64,000 bases of DNA. It comes from an uncultured Bdellovibrionales bacterium (GTDB lineage Bacteria > Bdellovibrionota_C > UBA2361 > SZUA-149 > DAOLCO01). Positions 1-9,029 of this stretch are shown piece by piece. A program made the translations under genes and the position numbers. The notes under the pieces were generated by a model. It searched no databases. It saw only the letters and a list, made by a program, of their open reading frames with translations, and was not told the origin of the DNA. How positions within the stretch are numbered: position 1 is the first letter of the stretch; every line of letters begins with the position of its first letter. Location: positions 123,713-187,712 of the forward strand of contig CAZTBW010000004.1 in NCBI GenBank assembly GCA_964612555.1, given 5' to 3'.

Positions 1-753
1 ATAGAGCTTATTCATATGGCTACTCTTCTCCACGATGATATCATTGATCAGTCTCCACTTAGAAGAAGTAAACCATCGGCATATTCTCAATTTGGACTTA
101 CCTCAACTCTTCTCACCGGGGATTTTCTACTGGTAAAAGCTTTTGGACTCTGTGCCCTTCTTGATGATTTCGTTATTAAGGAAACCGAAAAAGCATGTAT
201 TGCACTCACTGAGGGGGAAGTAACAGAGGGCTTACTCACAGGTGCTGCGATTCCGACTCTGGATGCCTATCTTAACGTAGTTGAAAAGAAGACTGCCTCA
301 TTATTTGCGCTTTCTACGGTTGTTGGAGCTTATTTGGCAGGAGCATCTCAGGAGGATATTTTAAAACTACGTGTATTTGGTAAATATGCGGGCATCGCTT
401 TTCAAATGATAGATGATATTCTCGATATTACCGCAGATGAAGACCTGCTCGGAAAGCCTGCGGGAACAGATCTTAGACAGAAGACTCCTACCCTGGTTAA
501 CCTTATCTGGATTGAAGAAGAGCCTGAAAAAGCAAAAGATTTTTTCAGACGAGATTCTTCAGAAAAGGAGATTAAGGACACTCTGATATATATCTCCCGC
601 TCACCTGTGATTGATAAAGCAAGACTCCTTGCAAAAGATTATGCGGGAAGAGCCACCAATGCCTTGTTATCCATACCCGAGGAAAGTATTAACACCAAAG
701 TAAGGGCGCAGTTGTTTTCACTTCTTGATTACACTCTTGAGCGTTGCCTTTAG
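1..753 (+). CDS. polyprenyl diphosphate synthase (trans-isoprenyl diphosphate synthase), 5' end truncated by window edge
   Basis: First Asp-rich motif HDDIID and second motif FQMIDDILD typical of trans-IPPS (IspB/heptaprenyl/octaprenyl synthase family); ORF open to window start. Confidence 0.85.
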   Translation: MELIHMATLLHDDIIDQSPLRRSKPSAYSQFGLTSTLLTGDFLLVKAFGLCALLDDFVIKETEKACIALTEGEVTEGLLTGAAIPTLDAYLNVVEKKTASLFALSTVVGAYLAGASQEDILKLRVFGKYAGIAFQMIDDILDITADEDLLGKPAGTDLRQKTPTLVNLIWIEEEPEKAKDFFRRDSSEKEIKDTLIYISRSPVIDKARLLAKDYAGRATNALLSIPEESINTKVRAQLFSLLDYTLERCL

Positions 754-769
754 TCCTGTATGTAATGTA

Positions 770-1150
770 ATGGAAGTTAAAAAGATCAGCAGAATAAAAT
801 CTGAAAATGACGAGCAACAGATCGGAAAGGGTATTTCCATAACATTTGAAAATTCCGATGGCTCCCTCCGGAGCTTTGAGCTTAAAAGTGAAATCCTCAG
901 GCGAGAATGTCCCTGCGCTTCCTGTCAGCAGCAAAGAGGGGACACCAGCCATAACACTCCACTTTCCGGTAAATCAAGCCTTCTCAAAGTGATCAAAGCA
1001 ACTTCTGAGGAAGAATGTAATCTTGAAAAAATCTGGCTCTTGGGCAATTACGCCATTGGCATGAAATGGGCAGACGGACACGACTCAGGGATATATACAT
1101 TTTCATTTTTAAAAGAACTTGCCCAAAAAACCGGAACTCACGGTGCCTGA
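770..1150 (+). CDS. DUF971-family protein (gamma-butyrobetaine hydroxylase-like N-terminal domain)
   Basis: CPCASC Cys motif plus W-x-DGH-x-S-G-I-Y-x-F-x-x-L segment characteristic of DUF971; start chosen at internal Met (ORF track starts 725). Confidence 0.5.
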   Translation: MEVKKISRIKSENDEQQIGKGISITFENSDGSLRSFELKSEILRRECPCASCQQQRGDTSHNTPLSGKSSLLKVIKATSEEECNLEKIWLLGNYAIGMKWADGHDSGIYTFSFLKELAQKTGTHGA

Positions 1151-1299
1151 TTTGACAATGCCTGACTTGTGGTCATTTTTATTATTTATCGCTATTCTTT
1201 TTTCTGGAATAGCAATTGGTTTTGTCTTAAGATCGTACGTAAGTAAATTCTCAAGATGTTAACACGCAAAATCTTCAATACATAAGGTAGTAAAACAAC

Positions 1300-2457
1300 A
1301 TGAAACATAAAAGCAGGAACCTCCAGACGCTTGCCATCCACGCAGGAACATCCCCAAATGAAATCACGGGTGCCATTGTTGAGCCTATTGCGCAGTGTTC
1401 TGTCTATGCCCAAAAGTCTCCGGGTGAATTCTCCTATGACTATGGACGTTCCATGAACCCGAATTACTACCCTCTGGAAGACGCACTTGCCGCCCTTGAA
1501 GATGCCAAATACGCAACAGTAGCATCATCAGGGGTCGGAGCAATCACCTTGATTACCACACTGGTAAAAGCGGGAGACACCGTAATCATACCTACTGATT
1601 TATACGGCGGTACATATCGTATTTTTGTTCAATTGTTTGGAACCTATGGGGTAAACTTCACTCAGGTAGACATGAGTGATCTAGGCAAAGTGGAAGAAGC
1701 ACTAAAACAAGGCGCTGCCATGCTTTATGCAGAGTCGCCAACAAATCCGCTACTTCAAATATACGACCTTGAAGCACTCAGCTCACTTGCTAAAAAGTAC
1801 AATGCGCTTAGCATTATGGATAACACCTTTGCGACTCCCGTTTTCCAAAATCCCATTGCACTTGGATTTGATGCGGTGTTGCACAGTGCATCAAAATATC
1901 TTGGTGGTCATTCCGACATTGTTGGTGGTGTCGTCATGACAAACAACCTTGCAATAAGGGAAAGGACGGATTTTGCAAGAAAATCAATCGGGGTACATCC
2001 CGATCCACTCAGTATGTTTCTTCTCAGAAGAGGTTTAAAAACATTACCACTTCGTATGGAGCGACATCAGGAAAACGCCTTTGCCTTTGCCCGTTATCTT
2101 GAGACTCATCCTCTGATTTCAAAAGTTTTATATCCCGGACTGGAAAGCCACCCTCAGCATGAAATTGCTAAAAAACAAATGAAAGGATTCAGTGGGATGG
2201 TCAGTGCGGAGTTTAACTTGTCTGAGTCTGACACCCATAAAGTTGTTTCACGATTTAATGTTATCACTTTAGCTGAAAGCCTTGGAGCGGTTGAGTCGCT
2301 CGTGCAAATACCTGCTGCCATGAGTAATCAAAAAATCCCGGCTGAAGTGCGAAGAGCAAACGGTCTTGCGGATGGACTGGTCCGTTTCTCTATCGGGATA
2401 GAGCACATTGATGACATACTTGAGGACATTGATCAGGCGCTTAAGTCAGTAAAGTAG
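1300..2457 (+). CDS. Cys/Met-metabolism PLP-dependent enzyme (cystathionine gamma-synthase / O-succinylhomoserine sulfhydrylase-like)
   Basis: 385 aa; PLP-lysine motif HSASKYLGGHSD; overall MetB/MetC/MetZ family architecture. Confidence 0.85.
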   Translation: MKHKSRNLQTLAIHAGTSPNEITGAIVEPIAQCSVYAQKSPGEFSYDYGRSMNPNYYPLEDALAALEDAKYATVASSGVGAITLITTLVKAGDTVIIPTDLYGGTYRIFVQLFGTYGVNFTQVDMSDLGKVEEALKQGAAMLYAESPTNPLLQIYDLEALSSLAKKYNALSIMDNTFATPVFQNPIALGFDAVLHSASKYLGGHSDIVGGVVMTNNLAIRERTDFARKSIGVHPDPLSMFLLRRGLKTLPLRMERHQENAFAFARYLETHPLISKVLYPGLESHPQHEIAKKQMKGFSGMVSAEFNLSESDTHKVVSRFNVITLAESLGAVESLVQIPAAMSNQKIPAEVRRANGLADGLVRFSIGIEHIDDILEDIDQALKSVK

Positions 2458-2473
2458 GCAGACACTTTACCTG

Positions 2474-3160
2474 CTACTTCCAATCGACCTTGAATATCCT
2501 CTCTGCGGTGCACTTTGCGAGCTTATCAATCCGTTCTTCAAACTCGAACAGGTCATCTCGTGCGGGGTAAGAGCCGCGGGTTGCCGCCCGCATAAAGCCT
2601 CGGGCTGAACGAGCATTGGATTTAACATCGGTAGTACCATACCACACGGTTATACTATCATTGACATCAATCACTTTAGTGTGAACTCTGATTTTTAGAT
2701 CATTAACAATGTCCTCGGCAAAACCAACCACTACAAAATCATACCCCGCATCTCTGGCATAATTTATTGCCTGAAAATTTCCGGCAGTAAAATCGAGACG
2801 CTTTCCCGGCCAGTCTCTGAGAAAGACTTCAGCTATAATATTCTCATTTCTTGCAAGAAACTGCTGCTGAAACCCTTGTGCAAGCCTGTTACCAAACCTG
2901 AGCGTGGGATTCATGGGAGGGGAAAAATTTTCCTGAGCATCAAATGGAATTATTGCCACTCTTGGAGTGCCTCCCTTTTGATATCGGGTACTTACGTAAT
3001 CAATGAATGATTGATCTACATAGGCTTGGATTTTGCATGACTCGGACTGGACGGGAAGCTTCCTAAGGGGGCAACCAGAGAGGAACAACGTAAATATTAC
3101 AAAAAAAGCTAATAAATTTAAGGTTCTGAACCATGAAAAACTGGAGTAGCTCATATTCAT
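2474..3160 (-). CDS. lipoprotein, unknown function
   Basis: Signal peptide ending in lipobox-like LSGC; 228 aa; no recognisable catalytic motif. Confidence 0.45.
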   Translation of the reverse strand: MNMSYSSFSWFRTLNLLAFFVIFTLFLSGCPLRKLPVQSESCKIQAYVDQSFIDYVSTRYQKGGTPRVAIIPFDAQENFSPPMNPTLRFGNRLAQGFQQQFLARNENIIAEVFLRDWPGKRLDFTAGNFQAINYARDAGYDFVVVGFAEDIVNDLKIRVHTKVIDVNDSITVWYGTTDVKSNARSARGFMRAATRGSYPARDDLFEFEERIDKLAKCTAERIFKVDWK

Positions 3161-3936
3161 TTTCTCACTTGTTTCGCATTCTGTTAATTTCAGTAAGTCT
3201 ATTCTGCACAGCCAGCTGTAGTAAACGATACCAGAATCTTCCTGTTTTTACGAATTTTTCTATTCCTGATTCAGAAAATGGTTCCGTTGGTAGGTTTAAG
3301 ACGAGTTATCTGGCTGATCAGATTCACGCTTATTTTAGAGGTAATATGGCTGGTCCAATTGCAGTGACCACCTTTGTTGAAATAGATAATCTGTATCAGT
3401 CCTCTACATTTGGGAGAATCCTTGCTGAACAGCTCATCAGTGAACTAAGCATGAAGGGCTACAACGTAACTGAAATCAGACTCTCTGATGCAGTACAGAT
3501 CATGGAAAGCGAAGGGGAGCTGGGACTCTCAAGGCAAATTGACGTACTAAGACCTCAACAAAGTTTAAGTGGGCTGGTTGTGGGAACCTATGCGGTATCT
3601 AATGAGCGGGTCTATATTAATGCAAGACTTATCGACCCAAGAAGCTCAAACATAATTTCAGTAGGCTCGGTTGAAATGAGTAAAAGTAAGGAGATCTCTC
3701 AACTTCTACGAGGTAACTCATTTCCCTCAAGCCTGGAAAGAATCCCGGTACGACATTTGAGCTATCAAAAAGCTCCTACGCCCTACTACTTGTCCGGAAA
3801 TCCTTTTTTTAACACATCCCATGATATGAAAAGTGAAGAGTTCGCAAAAAAACTGATGCAGGAACCCCCAAAAGAAGATGCAAATTCTCTAAATGCAACC
3901 CCGGAAGAAGCAAAACTTCCTCCTGCACAAAAATAG
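3133..3936 (+). CDS. secreted (lipo)protein, possibly LPP20/FlgO-like
   Basis: N-terminal signal peptide with Cys (TASC); 267 aa; weak resemblance to FlgO/LPP20-type lipoproteins; divergent from preceding lipoprotein gene. Confidence 0.35.
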   Translation: MKNWSSSYSFSHLFRILLISVSLFCTASCSKRYQNLPVFTNFSIPDSENGSVGRFKTSYLADQIHAYFRGNMAGPIAVTTFVEIDNLYQSSTFGRILAEQLISELSMKGYNVTEIRLSDAVQIMESEGELGLSRQIDVLRPQQSLSGLVVGTYAVSNERVYINARLIDPRSSNIISVGSVEMSKSKEISQLLRGNSFPSSLERIPVRHLSYQKAPTPYYLSGNPFFNTSHDMKSEEFAKKLMQEPPKEDANSLNATPEEAKLPPAQK

Positions 3937-3975
3937 TCTTCTACATATACGCATACCATAGTAAAGTTTCATGGT

Positions 3976-5250
3976 ATGCGTAATATCAAAACCATTAACA
4001 CATTTCTGTTCACGTTCCTGGTAGCTCTCTCACTACTGAATATTTCATTTATCAGCAACGAGTTCTACAAAAACTATACTGGCTTGGATGGATTAGTGTT
4101 TCCTAACACCAAGGTCATCGGGGGAGATTATCTTGCATTTTTCACTGGAGGTACTCTCTTTAAAACCGAAAAAGAAAATCTGTATTCACACAAAACCCAA
4201 TTCAAATTCCAGGAAAACACGGTAAATAATCATTCTCATACAAGCGGATTTCTGCCATTTGTTTATCCACCTCTGGTTGCTGCTTTTTTCTCCTTTATTA
4301 CCATAAATTCATTTATTGATTCTTATCTGATCTGGTCAGCGATTTCGTTTATCATGTATATAACGGGTATCTTCATATGTCTCAAAACTCTGCGCCCAGA
4401 AACAATCACGGATAAAGTTATATTTATATCTGCACTCATCATATCAATTGGATATCCTTGTTTCTTCTTAAGAACACTTATGGGAGGGCAAACAGGAGCT
4501 ATCGGGGTTTTATTATGCTCAGTTTTATTTTTATTTTTACGAAAGGGATGGAATTTTTCCAGTGGTATAATTGTTTCACTATTCTATTATAAACCACCGA
4601 TGTTTTTCATACTGTTAGTATGGTCTTTATTCACCAGATCATCAAAATTCATTCTTGGATTTATTATTACAGGATTTATTTTATTACTGGCATCAATACT
4701 AATCATCCCACTTGAAACAACAATTGAATATTTCCAAGCTTCTTTAAACTATTCTTATGGCAGCTTCCATTATGAAGAGAAACTATCCGTCCCTCATAAA
4801 GGGGCTGGAATATATGCAATACTCACGAGTATATCCGGGATATCAGTTTTTTATTTAAGATTTTTTTTAGTACTAAGTGTTTTTATGACCATATACTCTC
4901 TCTCTAAATTCCTGAAACACACTCCCACTGAAAACCAGGATTTATTCACTTTTTCATTTTGCATCTCTCTGGTAGCCTCACTTTTTTTCTCAATTCACAT
5001 TTTAGATTATGATCTCAGTATTCTTGCCCCACCCCTCATCCTCTCAATGCTTACTCTTTATAAACACAACAGACACTTTGAACTTATGCCTGGAATGATT
5101 ATCATCCTCATATTCCAGCTTGATCTTCCCCTTCCAGATATTCACTTTCAGACACATACACTCAGTAAATACAGTTTCATCCATGGATGTTTACTTTTAT
5201 ATCTAATATGGGGATACCATAGAGTAAAAAAGGAGATTTATAATTTCTAG
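3976..5250 (+). CDS. polytopic membrane protein, GT-C-like (polyprenol-phosphate-sugar dependent) glycosyltransferase candidate
   Basis: 424 aa, >10 predicted TM helices, Phe/Leu-rich; immediately upstream of and co-directional with a GT2 polyprenol-phosphate glycosyltransferase. Confidence 0.45.
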   Translation: MRNIKTINTFLFTFLVALSLLNISFISNEFYKNYTGLDGLVFPNTKVIGGDYLAFFTGGTLFKTEKENLYSHKTQFKFQENTVNNHSHTSGFLPFVYPPLVAAFFSFITINSFIDSYLIWSAISFIMYITGIFICLKTLRPETITDKVIFISALIISIGYPCFFLRTLMGGQTGAIGVLLCSVLFLFLRKGWNFSSGIIVSLFYYKPPMFFILLVWSLFTRSSKFILGFIITGFILLLASILIIPLETTIEYFQASLNYSYGSFHYEEKLSVPHKGAGIYAILTSISGISVFYLRFFLVLSVFMTIYSLSKFLKHTPTENQDLFTFSFCISLVASLFFSIHILDYDLSILAPPLILSMLTLYKHNRHFELMPGMIIILIFQLDLPLPDIHFQTHTLSKYSFIHGCLLLYLIWGYHRVKKEIYNF

Positions 5251-5254
5251 ATTT

Positions 5255-5959
5255 ATGCACGTTCCTGAATTAAGTGTTATACTACCTGTATATAACGCTC
5301 AACATTTTATTCTTAAATCAGTACGGGAAAAGCTTGATCTTCTTTACAAGTTGGAGGGGGAACTGAGCTTTGAACTGATTGTCGTTGCTGATGGGGATTT
5401 CAGCTCCTTAAAGAATACCCTTTCTGAATTATCAGACCCGCATCTAATCATTACAGGATATGACATCCACAAAGGCAAAGGTCATGCAGTACGACACGGA
5501 TGGAAAATCGCCAAGGGTATATTTATCAGTTATGTTGATGCGGATTTTGACATTGATTTTGGCGTCATCCAATCTATGTTAAACACCGCAAAAAACACAG
5601 GCGCAGATATTATATATGCAAACAAATATCACAAAAACTCCCATCTCTCGACCAGATTTTCAAGAAGAACAATGAGCATCCTGTACACATCTCTCATATC
5701 ACTTCTTTTTCAAATAAACGTCAAAGACACCCAAACCGGTGCCAAGCTTTATAAAAATGAAGTAATAAAAAAAATACTCCCCAAGTGTTCAATAGATGGC
5801 TTCGGATTTGAAATCGAAACCTTCATAGAAGCCAAACGAGCGGGACACATTCACTTTGAAGAGGTACCCGTCACTATTAAGAAATCAGGACAATCCAAAA
5901 AAAGCCTGGATATGGTACTGGGAATTATAATGGATACGTACAAGGTGCTTTTCAGATAA
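5255..5959 (+). CDS. family 2 glycosyltransferase (dolichol/undecaprenyl-phosphate sugar synthase-like)
   Basis: N-terminal LSVILPVYNA motif and DAD-like acidic motif (YVDADFDID) typical of GT2 DPM1/ArnC-like enzymes; 4-nt gap after upstream membrane protein. Confidence 0.75.
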   Translation: MHVPELSVILPVYNAQHFILKSVREKLDLLYKLEGELSFELIVVADGDFSSLKNTLSELSDPHLIITGYDIHKGKGHAVRHGWKIAKGIFISYVDADFDIDFGVIQSMLNTAKNTGADIIYANKYHKNSHLSTRFSRRTMSILYTSLISLLFQINVKDTQTGAKLYKNEVIKKILPKCSIDGFGFEIETFIEAKRAGHIHFEEVPVTIKKSGQSKKSLDMVLGIIMDTYKVLFR

Positions 5960-5963
5960 TATT

Positions 5964-7016
5964 CTATTTAAGCTCTCCAACTCTCACCGGAAAAGTAAAC
6001 CCACTCTCACCATCATAAGAGATATCACCAGAAACTCCTTTAAAATCCTTAAGAGATCGAAGATGAGAAAGCAGATCACCAGAGTCAATCCCACTATTAA
6101 AAATCATAAAACTATCATATGCATAAATAGCAAGTCTTGAAAAATCACGTGCATCAGTTCCAAATCTCTTTTGATATTCAGCATAGAAATTTTCAGCTCG
6201 CGAATCGTCTCCGGAAACAAACCAGGCATTCGACAATGCACCTTGAGAGTTTATCAAGCCCTCTTTTCTATACTCCTGAATACCACCAAAAAAATCACCT
6301 TTATAACCGATTTCCCTTAATCTTCTGGCAAGATTTGCACCTTGTGGGGGTATGGTCGATAAAAACACTGCATCGGGATTTAATTGCTTGATACGAATAG
6401 CAACATCCTTCATCTGAACATCTTCAGGAGGAAGTTCAAAAGATTTTAAAATAGAAAACTTTCCTGAGGCATCAAAAACCTCTTGCTGAAGCAAACAAGA
6501 ATCTTGAAGTGTAGAAACACTAACAATTTTCTCATACCCTCGCCTTACAGATTCCTCAATATTCAGCTGAGTCAAGGCACGGATATTTGGAAACACAATA
6601 AAGGTTTGATTTTTCCCTTTTGCAACAGAAGGATTAATATTCAGTGAGAAAAAAGGTATCCCGGCTTTTTCAATAATGTCAGTAACCGCAGCTCCCTGAT
6701 TTGTCCCAAATACAAAAATGAACTTAACCCTATCAAAAGTAATTAGTTTCCTTACCGCAGAAACAGTCTTTACAGGTTTCCATTCATCATCTTCAAAAAC
6801 AAGCCTGTACTTCCTACCTTGATCTATTTTCTCATTTGCCAATACAAACGCATTCCGTAACGCCACCCCTACAAGACTCTGATCACCAGTAAGCGCAACA
6901 ACCACACCAACTGGAATACTATCTCCCTTCTCTACCTCAGCATGAACTGAAAATGGAGCACACACTATACAGAAAATAAATTTCAAAAAAATGGACAAAT
7001 AACTGATAACTTTCAA
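5964..7016 (-). CDS. periplasmic substrate-binding protein, type 1 PBP (Liv/ANF-receptor-like), orphan
   Basis: Signal peptide; LivJ/LivK-like fold-level similarity; TTG start; no cognate permease/ATPase genes nearby. Confidence 0.55.
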   Translation of the reverse strand: MKVISYLSIFLKFIFCIVCAPFSVHAEVEKGDSIPVGVVVALTGDQSLVGVALRNAFVLANEKIDQGRKYRLVFEDDEWKPVKTVSAVRKLITFDRVKFIFVFGTNQGAAVTDIIEKAGIPFFSLNINPSVAKGKNQTFIVFPNIRALTQLNIEESVRRGYEKIVSVSTLQDSCLLQQEVFDASGKFSILKSFELPPEDVQMKDVAIRIKQLNPDAVFLSTIPPQGANLARRLREIGYKGDFFGGIQEYRKEGLINSQGALSNAWFVSGDDSRAENFYAEYQKRFGTDARDFSRLAIYAYDSFMIFNSGIDSGDLLSHLRSLKDFKGVSGDISYDGESGFTFPVRVGELK

Positions 7017-7156
7017 AATTTCTATTATGATTTAGTAATTCTCGTTTACACTCGAACAGATATTACATACGGTAAAGTTATTGTCTATTACCATTCCAAT
7101 ACACTCGCGGGGATACATTTGAAAAACATTTCCACACATCAAATACCATCGGGGGT

Positions 7157-7310
7157 AAGCCTGTTTGGGGTGAGCTGTGTTTTGTTGCGGATCTAAAACA
7201 ATTTTTATTCCTTAGATAAATATATATGTAAAAATTGTTTTACCTCGGACGACGAGCGTTTAGCGAGGAGGAGAATGAGCAACAAAACACAGCTCGCCCC
7301 GAACAGGCTT
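7157..7310. repeat. long imperfect inverted repeat (32-bp arms, 2 mismatches) with nested hairpins
   Basis: Arm 7157..7188 aagcctgtttggggtgagctgtgttttgttgc pairs with 7279..7310; inner hairpin aaaacaattttta(7195..7207)/taaaaattgtttt(7229..7241); lies in leader of the PBP gene. Confidence 0.6.
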
Positions 7311-7387
7311 TGGATTAAACAATTACTTGAGTTTGGTTAGTCACTGAGAGAAGGTTGATAAGGCACAGTAAAAGAATAAATGTAAAT

Positions 7388-8062
7388 TTATTCATAGTCT
7401 TTAACAACAACAAGGCTCCCTGCTTCACGTGCCAGTAATACCGGACAAGCGTTTTCTGATTCTTCATTTTTAACAAATCTGTCATACGCATCCTTTTTAT
7501 TTTCTCCAAAGAATAACAGAACAACGGTCTTTGCGGTTTTAATTACGTGCGGAGCTCCGCTCATACGTATAGGTGGTGGTTTTGGTGAGTTTGAGAAAGT
7601 AAAGAAAAGTTTATCGGGATTTTCTTCCCAAGATAAGCCAGGGAAAAGCCCCGCAACATGCGCATCCTCACCTACTCCAAGAAATATAACATCAAACACT
7701 CCACCCAGAGACTGCAAAAGAGAAGTATATTCTACTATCCCTTTTTCTGGTTCATTTGTGTTAAATTCATGTAACTTCAGAGGGAGATCCCTTGTAGCCA
7801 AACCAAGACCTTCTCTCACTATTCTGATATTACTATCAGCATGATCTGAGGGAACAAGCCGTTCATCAATCATAAAAAGGTTGGAATCTCTAAATACACT
7901 CTCTTCCTTAAGCACATCCAGTCGTAATGCTTCAAGTACAGGAGCAATGCTGGTTCCCCCACACACACCAATGAGCGGAGGATGAGCTCGCAAGTTCGAA
8001 GAAAGATATTCAAGAACCGAAGAGAGTCCATCGGCAGATTTTGGGACAATAAAATTTTTCAT
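7388..8062 (-). CDS. 6-phosphogluconolactonase / glucosamine-6-P deaminase family
   Basis: 224 aa; DER-containing motif (LFMIDERLVP) and overall Pgl/NagB family pattern. Confidence 0.7.
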   Translation of the reverse strand: MKNFIVPKSADGLSSVLEYLSSNLRAHPPLIGVCGGTSIAPVLEALRLDVLKEESVFRDSNLFMIDERLVPSDHADSNIRIVREGLGLATRDLPLKLHEFNTNEPEKGIVEYTSLLQSLGGVFDVIFLGVGEDAHVAGLFPGLSWEENPDKLFFTFSNSPKPPPIRMSGAPHVIKTAKTVVLLFFGENKKDAYDRFVKNEESENACPVLLAREAGSLVVVKDYE

Positions 8063-8095
8063 TTTTAAAAACTGTTTAAAAGATTATTTCAGGGA

Positions 8096-8320
8096 TTAAT
8101 TGGAATGTACTGCTATTTCTTTCAAGAACTCTTCTATGAAATTATCCTTAAAGAGATGTGGCACCAGAGAAGGATTATCCACCACCTCATCAATTAAAAA
8201 ATTTCTTAACGCCGGGTGAAGAGACACCGTCCCATCAAAACAGAGACCCACAGTAGCAGCATCAACAAGTGCTTCCGCTGCTCTTCTATATTCATCCTGA
8301 ATAGACATAAAATATTTCAC
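8096..8320 (-). CDS. small hypothetical protein
   Basis: 74-aa ORF, no recognisable motif. Confidence 0.3.
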   Translation of the reverse strand: MKYFMSIQDEYRRAAEALVDAATVGLCFDGTVSLHPALRNFLIDEVVDNPSLVPHLFKDNFIEEFLKEIAVHSN

Positions 8321-8432
8321 TACTGATTAGTTCGAACTTAGTATTCTACCTTGCAAAAAAGCATTTCGCATCAAAAAGAAGGATTTCTTGAAGTTTTTTG
8401 TCCTGTTTCGGACTTTTCAGTCAATTAAAAAT

Positions 8433-9029
8433 CTAATGATTTTCGGCGGATAGATTCACATTTCTCTCCACAATATCAGACTGCCCTCCACTTAGTTCAT
8501 GCGCCCGATATATCAGACTTTGAATTTCTTTTTTAACCGCTTCCTCCCGGGGCTTCTGATCTATGAGGATACCTGCCAGATTTGTAAGCCCATGCACTTC
8601 AAATGGATTCACCTCAAGAGCGGTCCTCAGAAATTCATTTGCCTGCTCTTTCTCACCCCGTAACTCTGCAACATATGCCTTATTAACCCAGGCTCTGGCA
8701 TAAGAAGGGTCTATAAGAATTGCCCGATTAAAAAAACTTTCAGAAGCATCCACTCTCCCTTCACGAAGCGCCACACAACCCAAACCATCCTGCACTTCAG
8801 GTAAATCAGAGTTCATCTGTGCCGCTATTTCAAATGCAGCCGCTGCTTTTTTGAGTACATCATAACTACCCGCATCGAACTCACGCAGATACAAAACTCC
8901 TTTTGCAACAAACGCTGCCGGGTTTTCAGGTGAAGACGGAGACACTTCCTTCGCTATGCCACATGACGTTAAAAAAACGAAGCCACATAGCATACAAAAC
9001 AATAACACTTTTTTTCTCTTATGCCGCAT
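8433..9029 (-). CDS. TPR-repeat lipoprotein, last gene of T3SS-like module
   Basis: Signal peptide + lipobox LTSC, then TPR-like helical repeats; 5' end overlaps sctV stop (start ambiguous 9029/9065). Confidence 0.55.
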   Translation of the reverse strand: MRHKRKKVLLFCMLCGFVFLTSCGIAKEVSPSSPENPAAFVAKGVLYLREFDAGSYDVLKKAAAAFEIAAQMNSDLPEVQDGLGCVALREGRVDASESFFNRAILIDPSYARAWVNKAYVAELRGEKEQANEFLRTALEVNPFEVHGLTNLAGILIDQKPREEAVKKEIQSLIYRAHELSGGQSDIVERNVNLSAENH

